Virus record (IMG/VR): IMGVR_UViG_3300037851_000103
Coordinates: 1-64,000 of that record
Strand: one strand, 5' to 3'
DNA: 64,000 bases
DNA from: a virus
Taxonomy: Duplodnaviria; Caudoviricetes
How positions within the stretch are numbered: position 1 is the stretch's first letter; every line of letters starts with the position of its first letter. The position numbers were made by a program, and so were the translations under genes. Shown here piece after piece: positions 40,401-50,200 of this stretch. The notes beneath the pieces were generated by a model. It saw only the letters and a list, made by a program, of their open reading frames with translations, was not told the origin of the DNA and ran no database searches.

Positions 40401-41404
40401 TAGAAGAATTACAAATTACTTATCCAACCACATTAGGAAATAAATTAAGTCAACAATATACATTTGATAATTTTAAAGAAGAATTTGCTTCAACATTACC
40501 TATAAACGGCAATTATGTTGGATTTAGAACATATAATCCAAATACTTATATTTCAAACGTTAACTATCTAATATTTAAACCAAAAGTGTATAAATTTGCA
40601 ACAACCACTGATAATATTTCATTAAATCAATTATTAGTAGAGATAAAAAACAATTTTACCTTATCTAATGATCCAAGCATTAAAAAATATGATGTATCAA
40701 CTGATTTCGTAGAATATATTCAAATTGATGATACCCTTTATTATAGAATTGAAGATAATCCGCCTCAAAAATATATTAATGATATTGAAACTTTTAAAAT
40801 TATAGAAGATAAAGTTTTGATAACTGAAAAAATCAATCCTACTGATGGAGGACTTGGCGTTAATTTGTGGACGAATGGTGAACATACTATAATATGGTCA
40901 TTAGAAAAAGGAACGGATCCGTATAATATTGTTAGAATGTCTGATTTTTTTGATATTATAGATGGTTTAATAAAAGTTGAATTAGTAAGAGGTAATTCAA
41001 CATATACTTGTGAAAGAGATATTGATGATAATCTAGTAGGTTATTTTATCCCAATTAAGGTTGGCGATCAAATAACATTTACCATTGATTTTAGTGATTT
41101 GTCATTAATGTATTTGACTATAGATGACTTGATGAATAAATTGACATTATATGAATTAAATAAATTGCCAATTGATCCATTAAATCCTTATACAACATTT
41201 TCATTAGACGGAAGTGTTGTTAGATATAATAAGAAAATTAGATGCTTTACCACAAGAATGAATACTGAAATTGGAATATTCATAAAAGATAAAACCTTTT
41301 ATTATGATAATGTTTCTAATTTTGAAGAATATACTGATAAAAAAATCCGTGAAATTTATATAAATGATAATAAGCTCAATGTAATTTTTGAGGATATTAC
41401 ATGA
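34427..41404 (+). CDS. giant baseplate wedge protein: PKD domain, gp7/P2 gpI-like segment, PA14-like and ConA-like domains
   Basis: YEWIFGDG...NP...F...GEYQVTL (PKD); LYDIENTPSQFLKYF...LFKEKGSKQSI..FF (gpI/gp7-like); FMVMRGFIKI...GYYNF (PA14-like); two lectin-like repeats ending GYYGFA and GNYVGFRT. Confidence 0.7.
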   Translation: MANYFSANFNYDPSIIFAPQNVNFEDASTVGYIKNDSLTVLVDESDNTLTDLTIDYDTTYANKIEKYEWIFGDGTVSNDQNPKKYFQFSGEYQVTLNIYSEKIFDINTARFYRIKNSKPIILVINLMTVSWLKSHMTPPHINALETNNGFKDLILSTSKMFDNMYKQITDISNLYDIENTPSQFLKYFSETLNHKEFYSKKIGYNCQNATENYESFLNYDIFKKIENNIATEDELKKFRTFLIDTIDLFKEKGSKQSIEDFFKLYDFIITVKDLWTKNFEQTPIAPIEDYFILDPTLENTNNKFKFKGITVLGWNNNLAQFNNNFNALMIDNYHYITKHSYPADVNDDLSTNCLKTFEINNYPPYIYDVQRDDGRSLISDTKKSCEGLEINCTTPLEISCRIDGFAINKNSNYYESNSYNGSLCKIWLAPQNYVSNLLNTIGNIPKNDEERNEIISDTSDDYLWADWKSGATVPPEMVGVSSNAIRVPKFNDILPALNYNSTPSNTNLLHIDTINFSTSTDLFMVMRGFIKIDTQGYYNFILDIGNTNSTLSTQHVGLFSLSNTKYSTLEDIENLNTVDNLVFNRIDGDTSEDVQDGENTVSLTIKNSEYGIIEIRQTDTVKNSEWKYLYPGYYPFELKTTYSSSNIKKLKLSWEMWREEYNSLTTKYHFVNKIITQPIPSNNLWTIKSIEDSIENTQGKGLITIPSEVLEIGESFNISYVQPTTTINYSGILATQNKYKDVEFNIRVSVNNPKIANEIYSDLPHNSFQVLFRGVNLGKDLYADIDSYYALIYNGLTSEFSLAYVSFDKSANIEFYQYLNLNADNTNLDEIVLTKPLLDQYNNTLLLEPNNIYDIKLSVSNNLVSCYFRLNSNYTMIMNNVSNSNTTTLGQFEDTNPYTTIFENITLLQNTEQTQIFDNLGKELDIYNKYVPITDAGYYGFATQKSLINIHKFKIDILDKIDENLSENEDKWQTIKPKYLDSRNNKLLKFNSYENNSINTQQNTVFVYQVTDSYNNNDSVLLSSDLQQVTENSINKVFANDISANNYGTRFNVLLNYDFITNNFKSTEEILDQLIIPFGKFYNPFINWNAIKTDYSSAAHGGYYPILTETTAVYPHTVAISGSNIEYVSTLTRSSDRKSLTLNTKLNTILNIYSNSQFNGVWEEICPNSVSEKWDIYGIGEIDNEVLAPIYRNKNNANTDDAEIIGARLINNEIVKQLICRYCENAIIWALVDIQLPNNAIKNNPTYFNTVSNETIRYFVPIGKLSYENLIYLLPIEILKNNLGKINIVGLYANHSYEGFTFVDNDDNIQINIDVFNYWETKYNNKITCKYYLDVTTSFIGKFAANNIIPIQNHTPQSCEPGTYLEPIETTQCNILPNAFYMPDAISEILKEIESTYTDRSSSEQYIKFEQDYNWWNPNGVWIKQYVESKYDSTKIISGLNQNNNDGITLSLLNNQKLLSANYLVNIDWCVTNVGWDYDYAIGSRNDYNVGSFSPSSTYELIGFELSDTRFLVNKEQLISINNNINATIPLSTVSTSGQSLIQFGKYVNEESNDSQYTLNLYGLFNWYNSHANNDYLTIEDNRVGWHLDDWNDQGKQCIKINNIYAPIPISNYQINKYWSYYQTSIPPFSAITKISFNNYINSISCNDNEIINYNSIITLGSSDENISFYSVPPIVQYYPKWKKLIDYVLLDNYIIPTDYFYISNIDTDYYIKFNNQQFNFEIFNNSKIYIEFYNDVIFNNLEKQLFVDNFDNSRQINWVHFNANTDNHFEIINREPELSLQLTSTVAPYSIINYKNAKAFKLENKSEEINNDKYSGTNNNDKIVGVDNNDGYNNIISLSTIESNNYEYYCDIIFDKELIDNGYEKKFEIILKAENNYNYDSKKYELTDFYFVGIGSFDFDIGFGMRSVQNNEIKETYLASWGEYNTKGVKVDTWYTLKVKITPNEIKVFFNEKFENPRLILNYNTNKKFEKLTDRYLKGQYETLQAILIGLEELQITYPTTLGNKLSQQYTFDNFKEEFASTLPINGNYVGFRTYNPNTYISNVNYLIFKPKVYKFATTTDNISLNQLLVEIKNNFTLSNDPSIKKYDVSTDFVEYIQIDDTLYYRIEDNPPQKYINDIETFKIIEDKVLITEKINPTDGGLGVNLWTNGEHTIIWSLEKGTDPYNIVRMSDFFDIIDGLIKVELVRGNSTYTCERDIDDNLVGYFIPIKVGDQITFTIDFSDLSLMYLTIDDLMNKLTLYELNKLPIDPLNPYTTFSLDGSVVRYNKKIRCFTTRMNTEIGIFIKDKTFYYDNVSNFEEYTDKKIREIYINDNKLNVIFEDIT

Positions 41405-44400
41405 CAAACAGCAATATAACTTTTAATCTCTCAAGAGGTAATGCCTCTAACGATATGCTCGGTATTGGAATTGATTATAATGTTTTTGGAAAATCATTAG
41501 GTGGAATGTTTTTTGATGAAGAGATATTATTAAATAAAGAAATTTATAAACATAAATTATTAGATGGCAATCAAGAAATTTTTGATCCTATTGTTCCAAC
41601 TGATGTAATTAAATCGCAAATTAATTATAGCGCAATCTTTATAACTAATAGAAGTTTTGAAACCTCTATTAGTCTTGATAATATTTCTATAAGTGATGTT
41701 ATTCCAGATTCATTAACAAGTTTTATTCCTGAAGTGACTGGAGCGTTCCCAATTTCTGATATTGATATTGCTATTGAAGGTATGTATACTATTAATGAAG
41801 TAAAAAGAAATATTCCAAATGATTTTGGAAAACCCGCAAATCCATCAATTGTCTTAGATGATGAATTTGATTCAACCCAAAAATTAAATCAATTGGTTTT
41901 TAAAAAAATATTATCTGGCACTGATTTGCCATCTGAAATTCCCCCTAATTGTGTTCTCAAATTATGGCTTAAACGAGAAATTGTTATCACTAAGATGGAT
42001 ATGCCGGAAGATGAATTAGAAGAGTCTGTTAATTTATCTGTAACTGAATCAAATCAAAATATAACAAATTTAAACTTTTCTTATGCAAAATTAAAAGGCA
42101 GAATCCCATTATCAAATTGGTATGATTATACTATTACAAAGGGAACAACTACTTCTATTCAATTAAAAGAATTATTACCAAAAGAGGTTCCTGTCCAAAA
42201 TTATAATATAATCAACACCTTTGTTGTTAATAAAAAAATAGTTCTATTTTATTATGTTGATATTGGTACAACTCAAAATTATTTCTTACTAACCATTAAA
42301 ACACATGATGATGTTAACTATAATAAATATGTTCAAGTTCAATTATTCCCAAATCCGTTCATACCAGATAATGTCAATCTTTATAGTAGAACATTAATTG
42401 ATATTAGAAAATCCTTCTATAATTTTAATGAATTTTATTTGTTTTGGAATGAAAATTTAACTAAAAAAGAAATATGCAACCTACAATTTTTTGGTTATTA
42501 TGAAAAATATACAAGATCAAGCGTAGATCCGTTAGATATTACGGTTTGGACTTCGGATGAAATATTTAATTATACTAATCATGGATTTGATAATAGAAAA
42601 ATAGAAACCTATACTTTAAAAGATTTTAAAGTTATTAGAGATAATATTTTAATAAATAATTTAGAACAATTTGATGATTTGTTTATACTATTTACACAAA
42701 ATACAAAAAATCTTGGATTGATTTCATCTATCGAAAATATTAATCTTAATAAAAATGAATTATTGTATGTCTTTGAAAAAGATATTAAAAATTCTAAAAA
42801 TAATAATTATAATTCTTACCCAGGAATTAATTCACAAGTATTCTCGCAAAGATTATATCCAACATCATTACCAACTATTGATCAAATAACAGTATTAAAT
42901 TATACAAAAAATAAAGATTGTAATATCATTATTAATAATTCATCTACTATTTCTACGACAATTAAAGAACCAAGAAAAATAAAATATTTAGTAGATGGCA
43001 CAAGATATGTTGATTTAAATTCTTTTAATATGAATAGTATTGACGTTAATAAAAATTTTATAACTTATGATTTTCCATCTAATAAAGAAATACATTCTGG
43101 ATATTCATTAACTGCTGGTATTTGTATTAAAAATGATGAAAATATTTATGACTCATTAACAAATGTTTATTTAACAAATTATTCATTAACAAATATAAAA
43201 AATGATATTATTTATCAAAAACCATTATTTCACCAAAATATAGTAGAAGTATCTAATATAAATTCATTATCAATACCTGTTGAATGGGTAAATAGAACTT
43301 ATAAAAATGAATGGAAAACAATTTTAAATACGTTAACTATTATTTCCAAAAATAATAACAATCCTGTATATACGTTGCAATATAATTTTGCTTGTAACGT
43401 TTGGAGATCTATTGTGGTGGATGTAAATGGGGAAGTTCAATATATTTATCATGATGACTATATTAATACGACTAATACTATTAGCACTACAGGATCAGGT
43501 ACATCAGGGGTTCCTATTTATTGTAAATCATTACCAGAAATAGACATAGAAGAATTAAATTGGATTATCGAACCAGATGTTTTCCAACCAGTAACCATTA
43601 AAATTGAACATAAACAAGTATACTCAAATCAATTTCAATTGAATAAATATTTTGTTAACATCCAGGTCTATTTTAAAGGAAATTCAACTCCATTAGTTGA
43701 TGTTTCTACATATACCAATAATCTGTCAAATGTAAGCTATATCGCTTTTAATCATGATTCTCATTTTAATATGAAAATGAATTATTTAGATTTGTTTGAA
43801 AATAATATTGACGATGGGTTCTTATTTAGAATAACAAATCTTCATTTGGCTATCTTACATAAATTAACGGTTGATATAGGAAAAGAATTAACTGTTGATC
43901 CCCAATTATTCCAAAACCAATCATTATTTAAATATTATAGAATTATTAAATTATCAAATCTTAATATTATTAATAATTTAAATAATGATATGACTATTCC
44001 TATTATATTATATGGAAATGGATATAAACAAATTAATGATAATTATAATTCTTTTTTAAGTATAGAAAATCCTTTTGATTTTTCAAAAATTAGGATAAAT
44101 GATACTTCAATAAGAATATACACAGATAATAATAGCACCATTCCAGTAAAATTTAAAATAAGTAAATATGAATATGATAATGATTATTGTGTATTATGGG
44201 TAAGATTGCAAGATATTAGTAAAAATAATTATAAAATATATTTATTTTATGATAAATCGTCAATTGATTATAAAGACGAGATATATGAACAATATAGTTA
44301 TTTAAAAAATAATATTTATTCTCAATCAGCATTAGGTGGCTGGCATATGGATGAATTGATAAAAGATAGTCGTTTATCATATTCAACGGGTCGAATTTTT

Positions 44401-45477
44401 AATGCTGGGGAACCTATAATATATGAGAAATCAGTAAATAATGAGTTACGGTTGACAAAACTTGATAAAGAATATATGTTTGGTATAGCCAAAATATATA
44501 AATCCCATAAATTTAATTTGACGATAGAAGACAAAAATATTGATGATGAAATGTTAGATGATGAAGAAACTAAAAAAGAGTTTGAAACATTTATTCGTGA
44601 TTCTGTGACAATATTTAAGCCAAGTTATACTGAATTGGTCAACATCAAATCCTCTGATATAGCAGTATTGGAAGCAGGAGAAAATTCTATGGGTCTTTCA
44701 AATAATAGAAGAGTAACCGGGTTGATAGCTATGACACCGAATACAAATGTGAATACTTATTATAACAGAGAAGATTTAAGCCAATTCACAATGTTGACAT
44801 CATTTAATGGATTTAGTCAAAACATTGATTGGGTTGTTGCGAAAACTATAGATAGTAGTGTTATTAAAACTGGTGTAATAAAAATAAATGGAAAAGTAAA
44901 AAGTGAAACTATAAGATTTGAAACCCCATTTAAAGATTCTGATTATTTTGTATTTTTCTCAAATCCTAAAAATCAAAAGATTTATTGGAATAGTATGTGT
45001 CCTGATAGATTTACAATTTCTGCTAGTTATTATTTAGAAAAAGAAATATCATGGATGGCATTTCATAGAGATTGTTTTGGTGGTATATATACTCCTGATA
45101 GTATATTTGTTGGTAAGCGTACATTATCTGGAAAAGTGTTTATTGATTCGGATGACAATGAATATACTGAATGGCCAGGAAATGAATTGACTGATATTTC
45201 ATTTCCATCCCCCACAGAAGATAATTTGACATATTGGTATAATAATGAATTGATAATTAAACCTGATTATGGGGTAGAAGGGGATCCTGGTATTATGAAT
45301 ATTGATATTAATGATCCTGGTTATGCTTTAATATTATCTTCAAATCAAAATATAAATATTTATTGGACTAATAAAATGAATAACAAATTTAATATAAAAA
45401 CAAGTAGTCCTAGTGATTGTATTGTTCATTATTTATGTATAAAAAATGGCGTTGAATGGTGGAAAGAAATCATTTAA
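41401..45477 (+). CDS. large baseplate/fibre-associated protein with DUF2341-like domain and H-lectin-like C-terminal modules
   Basis: FDFSKI...IRIY...YCVLWVRL...IYLFYD...GGWHMDE (DUF2341/LamG-type); KPSYT motif at 44617-44631; ATGA overlap. Confidence 0.6.
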   Translation: MTNSNITFNLSRGNASNDMLGIGIDYNVFGKSLGGMFFDEEILLNKEIYKHKLLDGNQEIFDPIVPTDVIKSQINYSAIFITNRSFETSISLDNISISDVIPDSLTSFIPEVTGAFPISDIDIAIEGMYTINEVKRNIPNDFGKPANPSIVLDDEFDSTQKLNQLVFKKILSGTDLPSEIPPNCVLKLWLKREIVITKMDMPEDELEESVNLSVTESNQNITNLNFSYAKLKGRIPLSNWYDYTITKGTTTSIQLKELLPKEVPVQNYNIINTFVVNKKIVLFYYVDIGTTQNYFLLTIKTHDDVNYNKYVQVQLFPNPFIPDNVNLYSRTLIDIRKSFYNFNEFYLFWNENLTKKEICNLQFFGYYEKYTRSSVDPLDITVWTSDEIFNYTNHGFDNRKIETYTLKDFKVIRDNILINNLEQFDDLFILFTQNTKNLGLISSIENINLNKNELLYVFEKDIKNSKNNNYNSYPGINSQVFSQRLYPTSLPTIDQITVLNYTKNKDCNIIINNSSTISTTIKEPRKIKYLVDGTRYVDLNSFNMNSIDVNKNFITYDFPSNKEIHSGYSLTAGICIKNDENIYDSLTNVYLTNYSLTNIKNDIIYQKPLFHQNIVEVSNINSLSIPVEWVNRTYKNEWKTILNTLTIISKNNNNPVYTLQYNFACNVWRSIVVDVNGEVQYIYHDDYINTTNTISTTGSGTSGVPIYCKSLPEIDIEELNWIIEPDVFQPVTIKIEHKQVYSNQFQLNKYFVNIQVYFKGNSTPLVDVSTYTNNLSNVSYIAFNHDSHFNMKMNYLDLFENNIDDGFLFRITNLHLAILHKLTVDIGKELTVDPQLFQNQSLFKYYRIIKLSNLNIINNLNNDMTIPIILYGNGYKQINDNYNSFLSIENPFDFSKIRINDTSIRIYTDNNSTIPVKFKISKYEYDNDYCVLWVRLQDISKNNYKIYLFYDKSSIDYKDEIYEQYSYLKNNIYSQSALGGWHMDELIKDSRLSYSTGRIFNAGEPIIYEKSVNNELRLTKLDKEYMFGIAKIYKSHKFNLTIEDKNIDDEMLDDEETKKEFETFIRDSVTIFKPSYTELVNIKSSDIAVLEAGENSMGLSNNRRVTGLIAMTPNTNVNTYYNREDLSQFTMLTSFNGFSQNIDWVVAKTIDSSVIKTGVIKINGKVKSETIRFETPFKDSDYFVFFSNPKNQKIYWNSMCPDRFTISASYYLEKEISWMAFHRDCFGGIYTPDSIFVGKRTLSGKVFIDSDDNEYTEWPGNELTDISFPSPTEDNLTYWYNNELIIKPDYGVEGDPGIMNIDINDPGYALILSSNQNINIYWTNKMNNKFNIKTSSPSDCIVHYLCIKNGVEWWKEII

Positions 45478-45488
45478 AGGAATAAAAA

Positions 45489-47162
45489 ATGTCAAATGAA
45501 TTTATAGAAGATATTTCCTTGCCAAACGCCAGTTCAAATGTAACTGACGAAAATATTAATATTCCTTTGCAAGAATTGCAAAACAATATTAAATTTATTA
45601 TGAATATACTAACAAATACCTCAATGAGTTCTAATAATTTTTTATCATTTTTATATGGCAATTTATTAGATTATGATGTTACAGGAAAAAAAATATTTTA
45701 TAATGGTGGCAACTTTGATTGTTTTGAAAAGAAACAAATATTTTTATCTGTTAATGATGGCACGATTACTAATGATGTTGATATACAATCAACGGGGGCC
45801 TCAAATCTATTGGTGTATAAAGGTGGGGTATCATATGTAGATTCTGGTGGGGTCGAACATGGTAAATATCTGCAACGGGAATTTTATATTCCTGAAATTC
45901 TTCGTGGGTCTGAATTAATTTTTGCCATTAAAGGAACAGGGGTTAATTTAGTTAATATTGGCGATGATGTTCCATATGATTATACAATACCATACTGCAA
46001 TTCCTCAACCATTCCAAACATAAGTGCGGTTGGCGATCCTCCAATAATAACATTGGGAACCTCTGGAACGTCAGGTACTAGTGGAACCTCTGGAACGTCA
46101 GGCACTAATATCATTGATTTATCAACCGGATGTTATGGAAAATATGAAGATGTTGGGATTGAAATAATAGGAGCAACTGAAACTATTGAAGAAATCATTA
46201 AATTAGGACCATGGCCACATCATGCATTATATGCAAATTCTGAATGGGAACCCGCTTATAGAACATCTATAATAAAATTCAAAGTTGGAAGAAATACGTC
46301 ATCCATAAAACTGAGAATTAGAAGAACAACAGATACGGGAGCATTGGCAATATCACAAATGTTTATAGGAGGTTTGCCGTCAACATATTCAGATTATGAA
46401 TTTACAAATTTAGATATAAATGAATTTTATAATTTTATTGACGGTATAACAAAATGGAATGTTTCTACCGTTTTAGGACACCATGTTTCAAATACTAATA
46501 ATATATATTTGCCAAATTTATTAACCAAAGAACAATGGTTTCATATTTCTCAATTTAATAAAACCATTGAAGAATTTGATTGGGATCAAGAAAATGGCCC
46601 AAGACCAACCTCGTTAATGCTTCCTGAAAGTCCTGCTGCATTAACACCCCAAACCCATGGATTAGAATTTGATCCGTTATTTGACAGATTTTGCTATTTT
46701 GATATGAGAATTGATGGGCCAAATCCAGGGAAATGTTATTTAGGGATTTCATATTTTATCAATAAGAATGAATATTCAGACGATGAAATATGCCCAGATG
46801 ATCTATGCGGAAATATAAAATTTACAGTTATGGTTGCCGTTGTTAATACTTTAGATTATGGAAACCCAACTGAATCTCAATACGAAAAATTTACTTATAT
46901 CGTTCCTATATCATCAACTATTCAAGATGGCAGATTGGCATATTTTGAGATTTATGGGGATTTTTATAAAAATCTAAATGCTTCACGGGGAGCAATAGCG
47001 TATTTTATAATTGGTAGAGAAGGCAATGACACTGTAAATGATACATTTAAAGGAAACTTTATTTTAGTTGGTTGCAAAACCGGCATAGCTGTTCCTCCAG
47101 ATGACATACCAAATACAGGGACATATACCCAATTATTCGTAGGAGATAATAGCAATTGTTAA
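45489..47162 (+). CDS. virion structural protein with (GTS)5 tract
   Basis: 557 aa, AAGGA SD, GTSGTSGTSGTSGTSGT at 46056-46106. Confidence 0.65.
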   Translation: MSNEFIEDISLPNASSNVTDENINIPLQELQNNIKFIMNILTNTSMSSNNFLSFLYGNLLDYDVTGKKIFYNGGNFDCFEKKQIFLSVNDGTITNDVDIQSTGASNLLVYKGGVSYVDSGGVEHGKYLQREFYIPEILRGSELIFAIKGTGVNLVNIGDDVPYDYTIPYCNSSTIPNISAVGDPPIITLGTSGTSGTSGTSGTSGTNIIDLSTGCYGKYEDVGIEIIGATETIEEIIKLGPWPHHALYANSEWEPAYRTSIIKFKVGRNTSSIKLRIRRTTDTGALAISQMFIGGLPSTYSDYEFTNLDINEFYNFIDGITKWNVSTVLGHHVSNTNNIYLPNLLTKEQWFHISQFNKTIEEFDWDQENGPRPTSLMLPESPAALTPQTHGLEFDPLFDRFCYFDMRIDGPNPGKCYLGISYFINKNEYSDDEICPDDLCGNIKFTVMVAVVNTLDYGNPTESQYEKFTYIVPISSTIQDGRLAYFEIYGDFYKNLNASRGAIAYFIIGREGNDTVNDTFKGNFILVGCKTGIAVPPDDIPNTGTYTQLFVGDNSNC

Positions 47163-47182
47163 TTCAAAAATATTAAAAAAAT

Positions 47183-47190
47183 TATAAATA
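47183..47190 (+). promoter_or_regulatory. T4-type late promoter TATAAATA
   Basis: Exact motif upstream of ORF 47226. Confidence 0.7.
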
Positions 47191-47225
47191 TATTAAAATG
47201 ATTGAGTCATTAAAGGAAATCGTTA

Positions 47226-50200
47226 ATGTCTATAAATGACGAACCAATTAATTTTGGAGAATTTTTTAAGGCTTATACAGGTATAAAATTTACCATTAAT
47301 AAAGAAGATAATTGTTCAATATTTATACCCAATTATACTAATATAAATTATACATCAACTGTTACTTCTAATATTACGGGAACGTCATTAACATTTTCTG
47401 ATCAATGGGCATCGCAATCATTTGTATCAAATGGATCATTAAACAAAATTGATACTGTGCTATTAAAACAATTATGGGATTATCCATCATCAAATATTTT
47501 GTGGGATGATTATAAAAAACAATTATCATTTGTAGATGTAGATGTTGAAGAAATAACATTATATGATTTTGTAAAAAATCTTGATAACTTTATGGTATTT
47601 CATAAATTATCAAGATTTGGTGATGTTTGGTGGGCAAAAAAAGTTCAAACGGACGGGTCACAGAATACCAATTCATTAAATACTAATGTGACTATATCAA
47701 CAATGATTTCATTATCTGGGGGAGATAAATTTTCATTTTGGTCGCCTGATAAATGGTTAAATGATGAGTATAAAAAATACAGTGCCAACCCAACTGCATA
47801 TTCTGGGTTTTTAACTTCCGAAGATTTTATAAACGGTGGGTGGTTTAATATACCTGATATGGTGGTATCAACCCAGCCATTTGAAAAATTAAAAATGGCA
47901 GATATTTTATTACACTTGAATTTATCATATGAACCTATTTATTTTGGCCATTATTATAATATAGATAATAAAACTGCTATTCGAATTAAAGATTCAACTA
48001 CATCTACTGTATTAGACACAACACAAACGAAATCAAATCAAAATAATGGAACCTATTCGGACACCTTAATTGCTCATTGGGTTGGTGGATTGGTAAGCAC
48101 TACTAATGTAAATCAATTTGGGGAATTGGGGACTTATAATGAAAACCCCTGTGAACAAAAACAAAAACAAATAAATTATACAGCAGAAGAAACAAATCCG
48201 TTAGAAATATCCCACAAAATTGACTCACAACTTTCTTTAAATCCTGATTATGATATATCACAACGGGATTTTTTGGGAACCATTGATCCTATAAATTGGA
48301 TAAGTTCTGAAGAAACATTTAATGCTCATAATATTGGTGTGTTAAATGAACCTAGAGCATTCGGAAGAGGAAGCGGAACCTCTCAAAATGGAATGATTGT
48401 AGGGGGGATTAAAACTGATAATAATTCAGAAAGCATTATTACATCAGTATTATCATCATCCGAAATTTGGAAAAATAATGGATTCTTAAAGAATGTTTTG
48501 ATTACCACAAATTCTCCCAGATGTTATCATATTCAAGGTGGGACTGGTTCATCATCCTGTGCCATTATCGGTGGGTATTCAAAATTTAATACAACAGACT
48601 CCAATGAATTTAGTGAATACAGCAAAGATGGAATTCTTAATAATGTAGAAATATTTGAAAAGAATGAAAATGATCCAGAATTATCATCCTTTAAAATATT
48701 CAATGATATTCAGTTATCAGTAACCAGAGGCGATGGGGCAGGATTTGTCAATATTCAAACTCAAAATAAAAAAGATAAGTTTGAAATTTCATCAGTCGTT
48801 AAAAATTATACATTAAATGGCAATGACGAACAAGCTATAAATGACTTTGTTCTTGACAATTCAGAAAAAAATTCAACAACTGATAATGCAGTACGTTATT
48901 CATCGTCAACGGTAACTGGATTTATATATTGTGGAAATACAACAGGAAAATCTTATTTGATAAATACCGCAAATACGGGTGATATAACATCAATTTTTGA
49001 AAAAATAAACATAACAACTGTAAATGCAAGTACTAATTTATTAGATGATCCTATACAATATAATAGTGATTATTATTCAGATGCATTTTTAAATGTTGTT
49101 AATGATGTAATTACTATTGATGGAGCAACAGAATATTCAGAAGAAATTATATTAGAAAAATGTGGAAAATATAGAATAGAATATATTAATGGCGGGTTTT
49201 ATTTAAATTCAGATTTAAATGTTAATAATACTTGTCTTTCTATTATTGACGATATGTTTCAAATAAAAATAGTAAATTCTCCCAATACTAAATTGGTATT
49301 AGACAAAACTGGTATATACCAATTTACAATAAAAGATAGTTCGTTTGCGAGTAACACATTGCAAACTGAAGTCATCAATGATAATATACAAGTTGACTCC
49401 GCTTCAACTATTACCGCAACAGCCGGGGCAACAGTTACGTTGCCATATATTGGAAAATATTTGGTCGAAGTTATAAATGATACTTCTTCGATAGAGTTTT
49501 TCCAATATCCATCAAATGAAACTAGAAATGAATTTGAAATGAGATCGAATGTTCAATTTTCTTATGATTTCTACGCAAATAATTGTGGAACATATAGAAT
49601 ACAATATAGTGACCATGCATTTACTGTATGGGTAGATGATCCAGATCCAGAGGCTAGTGATTATTTGATATATTTCGGGACGTTAAAAATTAAAGTTATG
49701 AGTGTAGATGAAACTCAAACTTTTTCAGAAGAAATTATTTGGCCAAGTTATTTTAATTCAGATGATGATTTTTATGATTATATTGAGGCTAACGATTCTG
49801 CTGGGTATGTTGGAAAATATCATGAATTTTGTGTAGAAGATCAAAATGTTCCGCAAAAAATTAAAGTAATAGGGTGGGATCCATATAACAATTGTGAAGT
49901 TTCTTTAACCCATAGTGATGATTATGGGATTGATTTTTATATGTTTTATATGGGTAGTCAAAATAATTGTTCAAATTGTTCACAGTCATCAGTTACGTTA
50001 CAAAAAAGTATCAATGATGCTGAAAAAGAATTATTCAGCAGTCAAATATATTTTTATAATGAATTTAAAAACTCTGATTTAAATTTAAAATATATAAATC
50101 AAGTGACAACATCAACCGCCGGGGTATCAGGAATAACCGGATCGGAAATTATATCAAGCATCCCAGCAACCGGGAAAATTTACACAAAATTAACATATTT

